NCBI GenBank assembly: GCA_033764015.1 | Contig: JANRJK010000013.1 | Location: 256,001 to 320,000, forward strand | Source: Candidatus Sumerlaeia bacterium | Lineage (GTDB): Bacteria > Sumerlaeota > Sumerlaeia > SLMS01 > JANRJK01 | Length of the DNA: 64,000 nt | Reading direction: 5' to 3' | In this document: positions 22,792 through 32,928 of the stretch, piece by piece | Numbering within the stretch: the first letter of the stretch is position 1 | How the letters are laid out: the number at the start of each line of letters is the position of its first letter | Made by a program: the position numbers and the translations under genes | Notes under the pieces: generated by a model | Told to the model about the DNA's origin: nothing | The model's input: only the letters and a program-made list of their open reading frames with translations | The model's database searches: none

Positions 22792-24729
22792 ATGTCCGCA
22801 GTTTCCAGCCCGGTGGTCGTCACGCTTCCCGACGGATCGAAGCGCGAGTACCCCGGCCCCGTCACCCCCGCGGAGGTCGCCGCTTCCATCGGCGCCGGCC
22901 TCGCCAAGGCCGCCCTGGCCGCAACGGTCAACGGCAAGCCCGCCGACCTCCAAGTGCCCATCGACGCCTCCGCGGACCTCTCGATCATCACCACCAAGTC
23001 GAAGGAGGCGCTCGAACTCATCCGACACTCGACCGCCCACCTCATGGCCCAGGCCATCAAGCGCCTCCACCCGGAGGCCATGCTCGAGGACGGCCCCGCC
23101 ACCGAGGACGGCTTTTTCTACGACATCTGGACGGAAAAGCCGATCGCCATCGAGGAGTTCCCCGCCATCGAGGCGGAGATGGGGAAGCTCGCCAAGGAGT
23201 CGCTCCCGATCACGCGGCGCGTCCTCACGCGCGCGGAGGCCATCGCGCTCTTCACCGCTAGGAAAGAGAAGTACAAGATCGAGATCATCGCGCGCCTCCC
23301 CGAGGACGCCACGATCACGATCTACGAGCAGGGCGACTTCCTCGACCTCTGCCGCGGCCCGCACGTGCCCCACACGGGATGGCTGAAGGCCTTCAAGCTG
23401 ATGACCGTCTCCGGCGCGTACTGGAAAGGCGACGCCACGCTCGACCAGCTCACCCGCGTGCGCGGCACCGCCTTCGCCACGAAGGAGGAACTCGACGCCC
23501 ACCTCACGCTCCTCGAGGAAGCGAAGAAGCGCGACCACCGCCGCGTCGGCCGCGAGATGGGCCTCTTCATGCACCACGAGTGGGCCCCCGGCGAGACGTT
23601 CTGGCTCCCCAAAGGCCGCAAGCTCTACCGCGTCCTCGGAAACATGATGAGCAACCTCTGGGAGGATGAAGGCTACCAGGAGGTCTTCACCCCCATGCTC
23701 TTCAAGTCGGACCTCTTCAAGACGTCCGGCCACTGGGACCACTACCAGGACAACATGTTCATCATCCGCCAGAACGAAGGCGGCGACAACCCGGTCGAGT
23801 ACTCGCTCAAGCCGATGAACTGCCCGAGCCACATGCTCATCTTCCGCTCCGAGCGGCGCAGCTACCGCGAGCTGCCCATGCGCATCGCCGACCAGGGCGT
23901 CCTCCACCGCAACGAGGCCAGCGGCACGCTTTCCGGCCTCACCCGCGTGCGCCAGTTCTGCCAGGACGACGCGCACATCTTCCTCACGCCGGAGCAGATC
24001 GAGCCCGAGATCACCGCGCTCATCAGCCTCGTCCGCCGCGTCTACAAGCCCTTTGGCCTCGAGTTCGCCAAGGTCTTCCTTAGCACGCGCCCGGAGAACT
24101 ACCTCGGCCGCAAGGAGCAGTGGGACGCTGCCGAGGACGGCCTCCGCCGCGCGCTCGAAAACAACAAGATGGAGTACCAGGTCAACGAGGGCGACGGCGC
24201 CTTCTACGGCCCGAAGATCGACTTCATCGTCTCCGACGCGCTCAAGCGCGAGTGGCAGACCGCCACCATCCAGCTCGACTACCAGCTCCCGCAGCGCTTC
24301 GAGCTGAGCTACGTCGACGCGGACGGCTCGGAGAAGACGCCGGTCGTCGTGCACCGCGCGATCTTCGGCTCCCTCGAACGCTTCCTCGGCGTGCTGATCG
24401 AGCACTACGCGGGCTGGCTGCCGGTGTGGCTCGCTCCCGAACAGGTCCGCGTGCTCACCATCTCGGAGCGCTCCGAGCCCTACGCCCGCGAGGTGTTCGA
24501 AATGCTCTCGCGCGCCCGCGTGCGCGTCGCGGCGGACCTCAGCGCCGAAAAGATCGGCTCGAAGATCCGCGGCGCCCGCATCGAGCGCGTCCCCTACATG
24601 GTCGTGATCGGCGAAAAGGAGGCGGCGGAGCGCATGGTCGCCATCCGCGCCCGCGGCGAGGACGCCGGCACCATGACGCTCGAAGCGTTTCTCCAGCGCA
24701 TCGAAGCCGAGAAGGCCACCGAGTTCTAG
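22792..24729 (+). CDS. thrS: Threonine--tRNA ligase
   Basis: TGS domain, RHSTAHLMA, DLCRGPH, KPMNCP, RVRQF.QDDAH, HRAIFGS.ERF. Confidence 0.98.
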   Translation: MSAVSSPVVVTLPDGSKREYPGPVTPAEVAASIGAGLAKAALAATVNGKPADLQVPIDASADLSIITTKSKEALELIRHSTAHLMAQAIKRLHPEAMLEDGPATEDGFFYDIWTEKPIAIEEFPAIEAEMGKLAKESLPITRRVLTRAEAIALFTARKEKYKIEIIARLPEDATITIYEQGDFLDLCRGPHVPHTGWLKAFKLMTVSGAYWKGDATLDQLTRVRGTAFATKEELDAHLTLLEEAKKRDHRRVGREMGLFMHHEWAPGETFWLPKGRKLYRVLGNMMSNLWEDEGYQEVFTPMLFKSDLFKTSGHWDHYQDNMFIIRQNEGGDNPVEYSLKPMNCPSHMLIFRSERRSYRELPMRIADQGVLHRNEASGTLSGLTRVRQFCQDDAHIFLTPEQIEPEITALISLVRRVYKPFGLEFAKVFLSTRPENYLGRKEQWDAAEDGLRRALENNKMEYQVNEGDGAFYGPKIDFIVSDALKREWQTATIQLDYQLPQRFELSYVDADGSEKTPVVVHRAIFGSLERFLGVLIEHYAGWLPVWLAPEQVRVLTISERSEPYAREVFEMLSRARVRVAADLSAEKIGSKIRGARIERVPYMVVIGEKEAAERMVAIRARGEDAGTMTLEAFLQRIEAEKATEF

Positions 24730-24732
24730 ACC

Positions 24733-24759
24733 GGGGCCGCTCCCGCCGGGAGCGGCCCC
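24733..24759. terminator. GC-rich hairpin between convergent thrS and pyk
   Basis: GGGGCCGCTCCC-gcc-GGGAGCGGCCCC, a perfect 12-bp stem with no U-tract. Confidence 0.6.
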
Positions 24760-24765
24760 GCCCGG

Positions 24766-26289
24766 TCAATCCAGCGCGATCACCCGCAGCAGGTTCGTGA
24801 CGCCCGGCTTGTCCGCGGGGACGCCGGCGATCACGGCGACCTTCATGCCCGGGTAAAGCAGGTTCGCCTCGCGGAACACCTCGATCGATTCGTTGATGAT
24901 CCGCTCCGGCGCGTCCGGCGCGTGCGGGTCGTGCTCGAAGTGAGGCCTCGCGGGACGCGGCTCGACGCCCCACGAGAAGCAGCAGAAGCCGAGGCGCTCC
25001 GGTGCCAGCCCGCAGGCGAGGATCGGGCACCGCGGGCGGTAGCGCGACACGCGCCGAGCCGTCGAGCCCGACGTGGTCGGGACGATGATCGCATCCAGTT
25101 CGAGCTGCCCGCTGAGCTGGACAGCCGCGCGCGCCATCGCAAGGTCCGCGTTCGCCGCCGAATCCATCCAAGGATCGTCGGGCGTCACGCTGTAGTGCAT
25201 GTCGTTCTCCGCCTGGTCCACGATGCGGCGCATCACCTCGACGCAAGCTGTCGGGTGAAGCCCCGCGGCCGTCTCCCCGGAAAGCATCACCGCGTCGGTG
25301 CCGTCCGTGACCGCGTTGAAGACGTCGGTCACCTCGGCGCGGGTGGGACGCGGCGCGCGGATCATCGACTCGAGCATCTGCGTCGCCGTGATCACGGGCT
25401 TCGACATCGAGTTGGCGATGCGGATCAGGCGTTTCTGGATCGCGGGGATCTGCTCGAGGGGGAGCTCCACGCCGAGGTCGCCGCGGGCCACCATGACGCC
25501 GTCCGCCTCCGCGACGATCTCCTCCAGCGCGCCGATCGCTTCCGACTTCTCGATCTTCGCGATGAGCGGGATGCGGGCGCCCACACGGTCCATGGCGCGC
25601 TTCGCGGTGCGCAGATCCTCCGCCCGGCGCACGAAGCTCAGCGCGACCGCGTCCAGCCCCTCGCGGATCGCGAACTCGAGATCCTCCCGGTCCTTGGTCG
25701 TCATGGAGGGAATCGTCAGGTTCGTCTGCGGCAGGTTCACGCCCTTGCGGGGCTTGAGCAACCCGCCCTCAAGCACCTCGCAGACCACGTCGAAGCGGCG
25801 CACGCGCCGCACCACCAGGCGCATCGCCCCGTCGTCCAGCAGCACCTCCTCGCCGGGGCGCACCGCCTCGTGCAGCGACAGGAATGTGATCGTGAAGCGC
25901 CCGTCGGAGCCGTCGCAGCCTTGCTCGCTGGTGAAGGTGATCTCGTCCTTCGGCTTCAGCTCGAGGCTGCCGCCTGCGATCTCGCCCACCCGGATCTTCG
26001 GCCCCGACAGGTCGCCGAAGATTCCCAGCGGACGCTTCAACTCCGCCGACAGGTTCCGGATCATCCGGATCACGTCGAGGTGCTGCTCCTGCGAGCCGTG
26101 GCTGAAGTTCAGCCGGAAAATCTCCGCGCCCGCCTGCACCAGATCGGCGATCACCGTCGGGTTGTTGCTGGCCGGGCCGATGGTGCAGACGATCTTGGTG
26201 CGCGTGTGCATCCCGTGGAACGCGGGATAGCTCTGCGCCTGCTTCCGTGCGAACTGGTCCTGCTGAAGGCGGCGTCGCGTCAGATCCAC
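24766..26289 (-). CDS. pyk: Pyruvate kinase
   Basis: RTKIVCTIGPAS, RLNFSHG, MVARGDLGVE, ATQMLESM, MLSGETA; AGGAG RBS before GTG 26289. Confidence 0.97.
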   Translation of the reverse strand: MDLTRRRLQQDQFARKQAQSYPAFHGMHTRTKIVCTIGPASNNPTVIADLVQAGAEIFRLNFSHGSQEQHLDVIRMIRNLSAELKRPLGIFGDLSGPKIRVGEIAGGSLELKPKDEITFTSEQGCDGSDGRFTITFLSLHEAVRPGEEVLLDDGAMRLVVRRVRRFDVVCEVLEGGLLKPRKGVNLPQTNLTIPSMTTKDREDLEFAIREGLDAVALSFVRRAEDLRTAKRAMDRVGARIPLIAKIEKSEAIGALEEIVAEADGVMVARGDLGVELPLEQIPAIQKRLIRIANSMSKPVITATQMLESMIRAPRPTRAEVTDVFNAVTDGTDAVMLSGETAAGLHPTACVEVMRRIVDQAENDMHYSVTPDDPWMDSAANADLAMARAAVQLSGQLELDAIIVPTTSGSTARRVSRYRPRCPILACGLAPERLGFCCFSWGVEPRPARPHFEHDPHAPDAPERIINESIEVFREANLLYPGMKVAVIAGVPADKPGVTNLLRVIALD

Positions 26290-26328
26290 AGTGGGGCTCC
26301 TGCGGCTTCGAAGGTGGGATCGCGGCGC

Positions 26329-27414
26329 CTAGGCGCGCTCGCGAACCGTGCGGACGATGTCTTTGGTGCTGTTCTCCTTCGCACTGCCAGCGATGAGTAC
26401 TTCGATCCCCATTCCGCGGGCAACTTCCCTTTCCGGCACCGTCTCGGCAGTGTAGTCCGAACCCTTCGCGTGCACTTGCGGGCGCAGCGTCCGCAGCAGG
26501 TACTCCGCCGTGTCGTCCGTCAGCGGTACCAGCGCGTCCACGCACTCCATCGCGGCGAGCAGTTGCAGGCGGTAGGGCTCCGGCATCACGGGGCGCCCCT
26601 CGCCCTTCAGCCGCCGCATCGAGGCGTCGCTGTTCACGCCCACCACCAGCAGCGTCCCGCGGGCCTTCGCGTCCTCGAGGTAGCTCACATGCCCGCCGTG
26701 GATCAGGTCGAAGCACCCGTTCGCGAAGACGATCCGCTCCGAGGGGCGGAGGTTGTCCAGCGCGCGGGCGAGCCGATCCGGCGCGTGCAGCTTCTTCGCC
26801 AGCACACCGTCCCCCGGCACGCGCAGCAGCGATAGGCCCACCAGGAAGGCGTCCACGCCTTCGCGCAGCGAATGCGCGCTCGCCACCCGCCCCGCGAAGG
26901 TCTGCGCGTCCAGCTTGCGGTGCCACTTGAGGAACTCCTCGTGCGGCGTTTCGCCGGTCGCCACGAAGCACGCGCGCATCCCCGCCTTCAGGCCGAATTG
27001 CACGTCGGAGACCTTGTCGCCGAACGCGCACGCGGGCAGGTCCCTGATCGGCAGGTCGCGCAGCGCCTCGCGGTGCATCCCGACCCCGGGCTTGCGCCGG
27101 GGATCGTCCGCGTCCGGGTGCGCGGTGCAGAAGTACGCCGCGTCGAGCCGCGCGCCCTCCGCCGCCAGCAGCTCGGCGACGCGCGCCTGCACCGCGTCCA
27201 TCTGCTCCGGCGTCACCAGCCCGCGCGCGACGCCGCTCTGGTTCGACACCAGGACCGCGGCCACGCCCTCGCTGTTCAGCGTCCGCACCGCGGCGGCGGC
27301 GCCTGGCAGCAGTTCCACCGTCGCCGGATCCCGCAGGTACCCCGTGTCGCGGACGATGGTGCCGTCGCGGTCCAGGAACGCGGCGGCGCGGAATGGCGAG
27401 CTGGAATCAGGCAT
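26329..27414 (-). CDS. Fusion of D,D-heptose-1,7-bisphosphate phosphatase (GmhB-like HAD) and heptose-1-phosphate adenylyltransferase (HldC/RfaE domain II)
   Basis: N-terminal FLDRDGTI, SNQSGVARG, RKP, GDKVSD; C-terminal FANGCFDLIHGGH, GVNSD.S...KG.GRP, KGSDY. Confidence 0.85.
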   Translation of the reverse strand: MPDSSSPFRAAAFLDRDGTIVRDTGYLRDPATVELLPGAAAAVRTLNSEGVAAVLVSNQSGVARGLVTPEQMDAVQARVAELLAAEGARLDAAYFCTAHPDADDPRRKPGVGMHREALRDLPIRDLPACAFGDKVSDVQFGLKAGMRACFVATGETPHEEFLKWHRKLDAQTFAGRVASAHSLREGVDAFLVGLSLLRVPGDGVLAKKLHAPDRLARALDNLRPSERIVFANGCFDLIHGGHVSYLEDAKARGTLLVVGVNSDASMRRLKGEGRPVMPEPYRLQLLAAMECVDALVPLTDDTAEYLLRTLRPQVHAKGSDYTAETVPEREVARGMGIEVLIAGSAKENSTKDIVRTVRERA

Positions 27415-30061
27415 GGTCGCTCCTGCGTTTCGGTTTGTCCTTCGCGGGGTCCGGCTCGGCGCCGAGCGCTTGCAGCAGCCGCCGGCGCAGGCGCTCCTGG
27501 AGCACCGGGTCCGTCAGCTTGTTCGAGTCCCAACCGGTCACGTAGAACACGTCCGCGACGCGGTAGCTCTCCGTGGAAATCAGCGCCAGCTCCACCGACA
27601 GCCCGCAGTCGTTGAGCGCGCACGCAAGGCTGTAGAGCAACCGGGGCCGGTCCGCCGCGAACACCTCGACCACCGTGTACTGCGGGCTCACCTCGTTATC
27701 GATCTTGATCTCCGGCTGGATGTCGCGGAGCGGCTCCCGCACCGGACCGCCCCGGCGCAGCGCCCCCCAGTCCTCCTCCGCGTTCGCCTCGATCACGGCG
27801 TTCAGCTTCGCCTCGAGCCGCTCCACCACGTCCGCGTCCAGCGAGGCGCGCTTCGGCGCGTGCAACTGGAACACGTCGATGCAGATGCCCGCGTTCCCGG
27901 TGTACACTTGGGCGGCGTGGATGTTCGCCCGCAGCCCCGCGATCGCCCCGCAGAGGTTCACGAAGAGCCCCGGCACATCGTCCGCGACGCACAGCAGCTC
28001 GAACGCGCCTCCGGTCCCGAGCGGCGATAGCCGCAGCAGCGCCTTCTTCGACGAGGCGTGCAGCTCCGCGGCGAGCGCCGCGTGCCTCGCCATCGCCTCC
28101 GGCGGCGTCGTCGAGCGGTAGCGCGACGGCATATCCTCCAGGAACTGCGCCACCTCCCGCCGCGTCCGGTCCGGAGCGCCTTCCCCGAAGTGGCTCAGCA
28201 CCTTCTCCACCAGCTCGCCCGGCGGCAGCGGCTCCGGCGACGGGTGCATGCCGCTCAGCGCCTTCCGCGTGGCGACGTACAGCGCGTGGAGCTGCGCCGC
28301 CCGCCACTCGTTCCACCCCGACGAGGAGACCGCGCTCAGGTCGCACGCCGTGTGCACGAACAGCATCCGCAGCACCTCCGGGTCGTTCACCTGCCCCGCC
28401 GCCTCCAGCGCGCTTCCCGGATCCTCCGGGTCGCGCCGCGTGACGAGATGCGTCAGGAGCTGGTGCGTCCCGACCAGCGTGCGCACCACCATCTGCTCGC
28501 GCTTGTTGAGGCCGATGCGCTCGCCGACCTGCTGCGCGAGCTGGGCCCCGCGGACCACATGCCCCTTCCCGAGCCCCTTCGCCACGTCGTGCAGCAGCAG
28601 CGCGAGGTTCAGCAGGTCCCAGCGGAGCACCGAGCGGGCCTCCTCCGCCACGGGACCCTGCGCGAAAACGCCCTGCCCGAGCCGCGCCTCGCGGCTCGAC
28701 CGCACCGCCCGCAGCAGGTGCTCGTCCACCGTGTAGCGGTGGTACTGGTCGATGCGGGGCAGCAGCTCGACCAGCTTGAACTCCGGAAGGTAGGCGCCCA
28801 GCACGCCCCAGCGGTGCATCAGCGCGAGCGCGCGGTCGGCGGACGTCTCGTCGCGCAGCACCGCGAGGAAGCGCTCGCGGTTCGCCGGCGACTCCCGCGC
28901 CGGCGCCATCAGCGCGTCCACCCGCGGGCGCAGGCCGCGCAGCCACGGCGCGTCCACGCGCGCCTTCGCCGACGCCGCCCGGTGGGCGTACTCGATCAGC
29001 AGCCCGGGGTCCGATTCCACCCGCGCCCGCGTCTCCGCGGTGGGGGAGAGCACGCCCCCGCGCTCCTCGAACTGGATGCCATGGATCCAGCGTGGCGCCG
29101 GCGCGGCGCCACGCGCCGGGGGCTCCAGCTCGGCCCGCAGCCACTCCAGCACCCGCTCCATCGCATGGTCCACCTCGCGCGCGTGCCGGTAGTAGCGCCG
29201 CATGAGCGCCTCCTCCGGCAGCGCCTGCTCGCGCGCCTCGAAGCCTAGCCGCGGCGCCGCCACGATCTGGTGCTCCACCGTGAGCTGGTCCTGCTCCCGG
29301 CCCTCCATCAAGTGCAGCTCGTTGCGCACCTCCAGCAGGAAGTCGTGCGCGGCTCCGAGCGCATCGAGCTCTCCGGGCGTGAACGGGTCCTCCGCCGCCC
29401 CCGCCGGCGCCAGGTGCTCCGCGGCCCAGTGGATCGTGTGCAGGTCGCGCAGCGTGCCGCGCGAGTCCTTGAGGTGCGGCTCGATGACGTACGGCGTCTC
29501 CTCGCGCTGCCGCCGGCGCGCGGTCTCATCCAGAAGCGCCTTCAGCAGCCACTCGCGGTGGCGCCCGCGGGCCGTCTCGCGCGCAAGCCTCTCCACCTCC
29601 GCGAAGATGCCCTTCGACCCGTGTAGAAGTCGCGCCCCGAGGAAGCTCGTCGCCGTGTGCAGGTCGGAGTGCAGCAACTGCTCCAGGTCGCGGAGCGTGC
29701 GCTCCGTCCGCCCGAGGGGGATCTTCGCGTCGATCAGCGGGTAGTACAGCTCGCGCACCAGCTCGACGTCGCGCTCCGCCGGCTCAGCACGGAAGACGAG
29801 GCACAGGTCGAGATCGCTGTGGCGGCACGGCTCGCGGCGGGCGGTGCCGCCGGTCGCGACCAGGGCGAAGCGGCGATTGGCGTCCTTGATCCCGAGGCGC
29901 GCGACGGTCGCCTCGACGTGGTCGAGCAGCGCCTCCTCGACCGCCTCGGCGAAAGCGCCGGCGACCTCGCGGCCCGGCTTGCGGCGGTGGTTCTTCGCGA
30001 GCGCGGCCGCCGCCCGCTCCCAACCGCGGACGAAGCCGCCCGCGGCGGCGCGCCGCGTCAT
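27407..30061 (-). CDS. glnD: [Protein-PII] uridylyltransferase / uridylyl-removing enzyme
   Basis: GG..R.E....SDLD NTase motif, EPHLKDSRGTLRDL, YHRYTVDEH, LLHDVAKG HD motif, two C-terminal ACT domains; ATG 30061 overlaps the lpxI stop. Confidence 0.9.
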   Translation of the reverse strand: MTRRAAAGGFVRGWERAAAALAKNHRRKPGREVAGAFAEAVEEALLDHVEATVARLGIKDANRRFALVATGGTARREPCRHSDLDLCLVFRAEPAERDVELVRELYYPLIDAKIPLGRTERTLRDLEQLLHSDLHTATSFLGARLLHGSKGIFAEVERLARETARGRHREWLLKALLDETARRRQREETPYVIEPHLKDSRGTLRDLHTIHWAAEHLAPAGAAEDPFTPGELDALGAAHDFLLEVRNELHLMEGREQDQLTVEHQIVAAPRLGFEAREQALPEEALMRRYYRHAREVDHAMERVLEWLRAELEPPARGAAPAPRWIHGIQFEERGGVLSPTAETRARVESDPGLLIEYAHRAASAKARVDAPWLRGLRPRVDALMAPARESPANRERFLAVLRDETSADRALALMHRWGVLGAYLPEFKLVELLPRIDQYHRYTVDEHLLRAVRSSREARLGQGVFAQGPVAEEARSVLRWDLLNLALLLHDVAKGLGKGHVVRGAQLAQQVGERIGLNKREQMVVRTLVGTHQLLTHLVTRRDPEDPGSALEAAGQVNDPEVLRMLFVHTACDLSAVSSSGWNEWRAAQLHALYVATRKALSGMHPSPEPLPPGELVEKVLSHFGEGAPDRTRREVAQFLEDMPSRYRSTTPPEAMARHAALAAELHASSKKALLRLSPLGTGGAFELLCVADDVPGLFVNLCGAIAGLRANIHAAQVYTGNAGICIDVFQLHAPKRASLDADVVERLEAKLNAVIEANAEEDWGALRRGGPVREPLRDIQPEIKIDNEVSPQYTVVEVFAADRPRLLYSLACALNDCGLSVELALISTESYRVADVFYVTGWDSNKLTDPVLQERLRRRLLQALGAEPDPAKDKPKRRSDHA

Positions 30062-30936
30062 GGCGGCGGCGGCGTCGTCCCGGGCGCCGGCGATTCCTCG
30101 CGCGCGTAGAGCGTGATCCCGTGCCGCTCCGCCAGCGCCAGCGCCTCCGCCTGGTCGAAGAACAGCGACTTGCGCGCCGTCACCGCGAGGCCGGTCGCAC
30201 CGATCCGCACGAGGTTCTCCACGGTGCGCAGGCCGATGATCGGCACATCGAACTTCATCGTCTGCGCCGGCTTGCTCACCTTGACGATCGTCACGCCGGG
30301 CCCCGCCAGCTCGCCCGCCCGCTCGATCATGCGGTCCGTGCCCTCCAGCGCTTCCACCGCGATGACGACGCCCTGCTTCACCGCCACCGCCTGGCCGATA
30401 TCGAGCGCCGCGATGCCCTTCGCTGTCCGGTAGCCGAACTCGAAATCGCGCATCTGGTCCTCGGACGGCGCGGGACCCCGCGTCAGGAAGCCCGGCGCGG
30501 GCATCAGGCTCGTCACGAACAGCGTCGAATCCAGCACGCTGAACCCTTCCGACTCCAGCTCGCGCGTGAACGCGCCCAGCACCGTGTCGGCCTTGCGGTT
30601 CGCCAGGTTGCCGAGGATCCGCCGGATGCGCCCGTCGAGCAGCAGCAGCGGATTCAGCAGCACCTCGTGCGGGATGCGCCCCGCCAGCACGAAGTGCCCG
30701 AGCCCGGCGCCGCGCGCCAGCTCCAGCATCGCCGAGATGTTCGACAGCGACACCGTGTGGAACGACTCCGCGGTGTCGCGCAGCTCGCCGTTCTCGTGGT
30801 CCTTCAGGCAGAAGGCGACCACGCCGATCCCCTTCGCCCGCGCCGCCCGCGTGATCAGCACCGGAAAGTCGCCCGTTCCGGCGACCAGTCCAATGCGGTT
30901 CGGCAGCGCGGCGTTCGGCAGCGCCTCCAAGTCCAT
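30058..30936 (-). CDS. lpxI: UDP-2,3-diacylglucosamine diphosphatase LpxI
   Basis: IGLVAGTGDFP, LDIGQAVAV, AVEALEGTD.MI.R, KP.Q...FDVP.IG. Confidence 0.9.
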   Translation of the reverse strand: MDLEALPNAALPNRIGLVAGTGDFPVLITRAARAKGIGVVAFCLKDHENGELRDTAESFHTVSLSNISAMLELARGAGLGHFVLAGRIPHEVLLNPLLLLDGRIRRILGNLANRKADTVLGAFTRELESEGFSVLDSTLFVTSLMPAPGFLTRGPAPSEDQMRDFEFGYRTAKGIAALDIGQAVAVKQGVVIAVEALEGTDRMIERAGELAGPGVTIVKVSKPAQTMKFDVPIIGLRTVENLVRIGATGLAVTARKSLFFDQAEALALAERHGITLYAREESPAPGTTPPPP

Positions 30937-30941
30937 GGCCG

Positions 30942-31418
30942 TCAGTCCGCCGCGGCCCCGGAGCCCGCCGGCTCGTGCTTCGCGAACGCGAACAGGATCT
31001 CCGCCGAGGAGATCTCCTTGCCGTCCACCAGGATCCGCGCATCGAGCTGCCCGGTGCGGGAGCGCATCTTCGACACCACTCCCTCGACGTGGAGCACCTG
31101 CCCCGGAAGCGCGGGGCGCCGGAACTTCGCGTTGTTCACGCCCATCAGGTACGCGATCTTCCCCGCGTGCTCCTCCTGCGAAAGCACCCAGACGGCGCCG
31201 AGCTGCGCCATGGTCTCCACCTGCAGCACGCCGGGGTAGACGGCCTGCTGCGGGAAGTGCCCGTTGAACACTTCCTCGTTCACCGTGAGCAGCTTCCTGC
31301 CCCGGACCCCCGCTTCGTCGAGGTGGTCCACCGTGTCGATCAGGAGGAACGGGTAGCGGTGGGGGAGGATCAGCTTGATCGTGTCGGAGCCGAAAGGCGG
31401 CTGGTGTAGGAACTTCAT
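30942..31418 (-). CDS. fabZ: 3-hydroxyacyl-ACP dehydratase FabZ
   Basis: LPHRYPFLLID, FNGHFP...PGVLQVETMAQ; ATG 31418 overlaps the lpxC stop (ATGA). Confidence 0.95.
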   Translation of the reverse strand: MKFLHQPPFGSDTIKLILPHRYPFLLIDTVDHLDEAGVRGRKLLTVNEEVFNGHFPQQAVYPGVLQVETMAQLGAVWVLSQEEHAGKIAYLMGVNNAKFRRPALPGQVLHVEGVVSKMRSRTGQLDARILVDGKEISSAEILFAFAKHEPAGSGAAAD

Positions 31419-32263
31419 CTCGGAAGCGAAAGGCTTTCTGCTAGGAATCGGGCGAACCGCACATGGCTGCGGTGCCCAGCGCGCCACGCGCCGACGTGCC
31501 CGCGCAAGGGGCAACCGAGGAGGGCCAGGTCCCCAAGGAGGTCAATCAGCTTATGCCGGGCGGGCTCGTTCGGGTAGTTCAGCCGCCCGTTGTGGAACTT
31601 CTCGCCGTCGAACACCACCGTGTTCGAGAGCGTCGCGCCCTTGCCGTAGCCCGCCGCGCGGAGCATCTCCACCTCCCGCGCGAGCACGAACGTCCTCGCC
31701 TTCGAGACTTCCTTCTCGAAGTCGTCCTCCCCGAGCGTGACCATCGCGCCGCTGCTTCCGACCACCGTGCCGGGGAATTCGACAAACGCGGAAAGGGAAC
31801 ACCGATCCCCCGGCGCGGCCGTCATCAACGCCCCGCCGTCCTGGAACATGAGCGGCTCCTCGATCTCGAGCGCTGGCCACGCGGCGTCCAGCTCGACCGT
31901 CCCCGTCTTCCGGATCCGCTTCAGGAACTCGTAGCAGCCGCCATCCATGAACGGGGGTTCGAGGCCGTCCTGCACCACCAGCGCGTCGGAGACCCCCGCC
32001 GCCGCCAGCGCCGCCATCATGTGCTCCATCTGCTCGAAGCGCCCGCCGTCGGGATGCGCCAGCACCGTTCGGCGCTCGCTCGCCTCCGCGTCGGCGAACT
32101 CCAGCGTCGCGGGACAGCGGAACTTGTGGCGCGCGTTCTCCAGCACGATCCCGTGCCCCGCCTCCGCCGGCTCGATGCGCAGCGCGCACGCCTCGCCGGT
32201 GTGCACGCCGGAGCCTTCGAATTCGACGGCGCGCGCTAGGGTCCGGCGGCGGAGGGCGTCCAT
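31415..32263 (-). CDS. lpxC: UDP-3-O-acyl-N-acetylglucosamine deacetylase
   Basis: G.GVHTG, EHMMAAL, P.MDG, ARTF, RHKLIDLLGDL, GHRSH. Confidence 0.92.
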   Translation of the reverse strand: MDALRRRTLARAVEFEGSGVHTGEACALRIEPAEAGHGIVLENARHKFRCPATLEFADAEASERRTVLAHPDGGRFEQMEHMMAALAAAGVSDALVVQDGLEPPFMDGGCYEFLKRIRKTGTVELDAAWPALEIEEPLMFQDGGALMTAAPGDRCSLSAFVEFPGTVVGSSGAMVTLGEDDFEKEVSKARTFVLAREVEMLRAAGYGKGATLSNTVVFDGEKFHNGRLNYPNEPARHKLIDLLGDLALLGCPLRGHVGAWRAGHRSHVRFARFLAESLSLPR

Positions 32264-32274
32264 GGCTTCGGCCT

Positions 32275-32928
32275 TCAGGGGATCAGCGGCAGCGGCGCGC
32301 CGCCGCGGCGTTCCGTCGTGGTCGTCGTCTGGGTGTCGCCCGGCAACGCTGACGGCCTGCGGCGGGCCGCTGCAAGCAGTTCGTCCGCCCGTCGGTCCAC
32401 TTCCTCCAGCACCTTGTTCGTCAGGTCGACCGTGTCGCGGCCGTAAAGCACCACTTCGCCGCGGAGGATCATGTCGAAGCCCTCGCGGTCCCCCACCACG
32501 CCGATGATCTTGACGATCTCGTCGAGCATCGGCTCCACCAGGTCCTTCTTCCGCGCGACGTCCCGGTCGAGCTGGAAGCGCAGCACGTCCATTTCGTCGA
32601 TCAGCGCCGCCATCCGGTCGCGGAGCCGCATCCGTTCCGTTTCGCTGATCAGGCGCCCCTGCTCGTCCAGCCGTAGCTGGTGCTCGCGGAACTCGCGCTG
32701 CTTGTCGCGGAGCTGCGCGGCGCGCGGCTCGATCTCCTTGTCCACGCTCTCGATGAGGCGGCGCACGGCGGCGGAGCGGTCGATGATGAACTCGACGTCC
32801 ACGAAGCCGATGCGGATGTCGCGGCGGAGGCCCGTCCCCCCGGCGGAGGACTGCTGCGCGGGGGCCGGGGCGGGGGCGGCGGCGAACAGCGCCAGCGCCG
32901 CCGCCAGCGATGCGGCCCTACTGCACAA
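32275..32928 (-). CDS. skp: OmpH/Skp periplasmic chaperone
   Basis: Signal peptide, RIGFVDVE, coiled coil, VLYG...DLTNKVL. Start is uncertain (TTG 32928 chosen). Confidence 0.8.
   Translation of the reverse strand: MCSRAASLAAALALFAAAPAPAPAQQSSAGGTGLRRDIRIGFVDVEFIIDRSAAVRRLIESVDKEIEPRAAQLRDKQREFREHQLRLDEQGRLISETERMRLRDRMAALIDEMDVLRFQLDRDVARKKDLVEPMLDEIVKIIGVVGDREGFDMILRGEVVLYGRDTVDLTNKVLEEVDRRADELLAAARRRPSALPGDTQTTTTTERRGGAPLPLIP

Noticed and set aside
30062..31042. 1211-aa version of GlnD in the ORF track
   Set aside because: The extra 5' part overlaps lpxI and fabZ in another frame; ATG 30061 (ATGA overlap) gives a normal-sized GlnD.
30942..32263. LpxC-FabZ fusion or frameshifted fusion
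   Set aside because: The two genes have their own stop and start in a standard ATGA overlap; both are complete.
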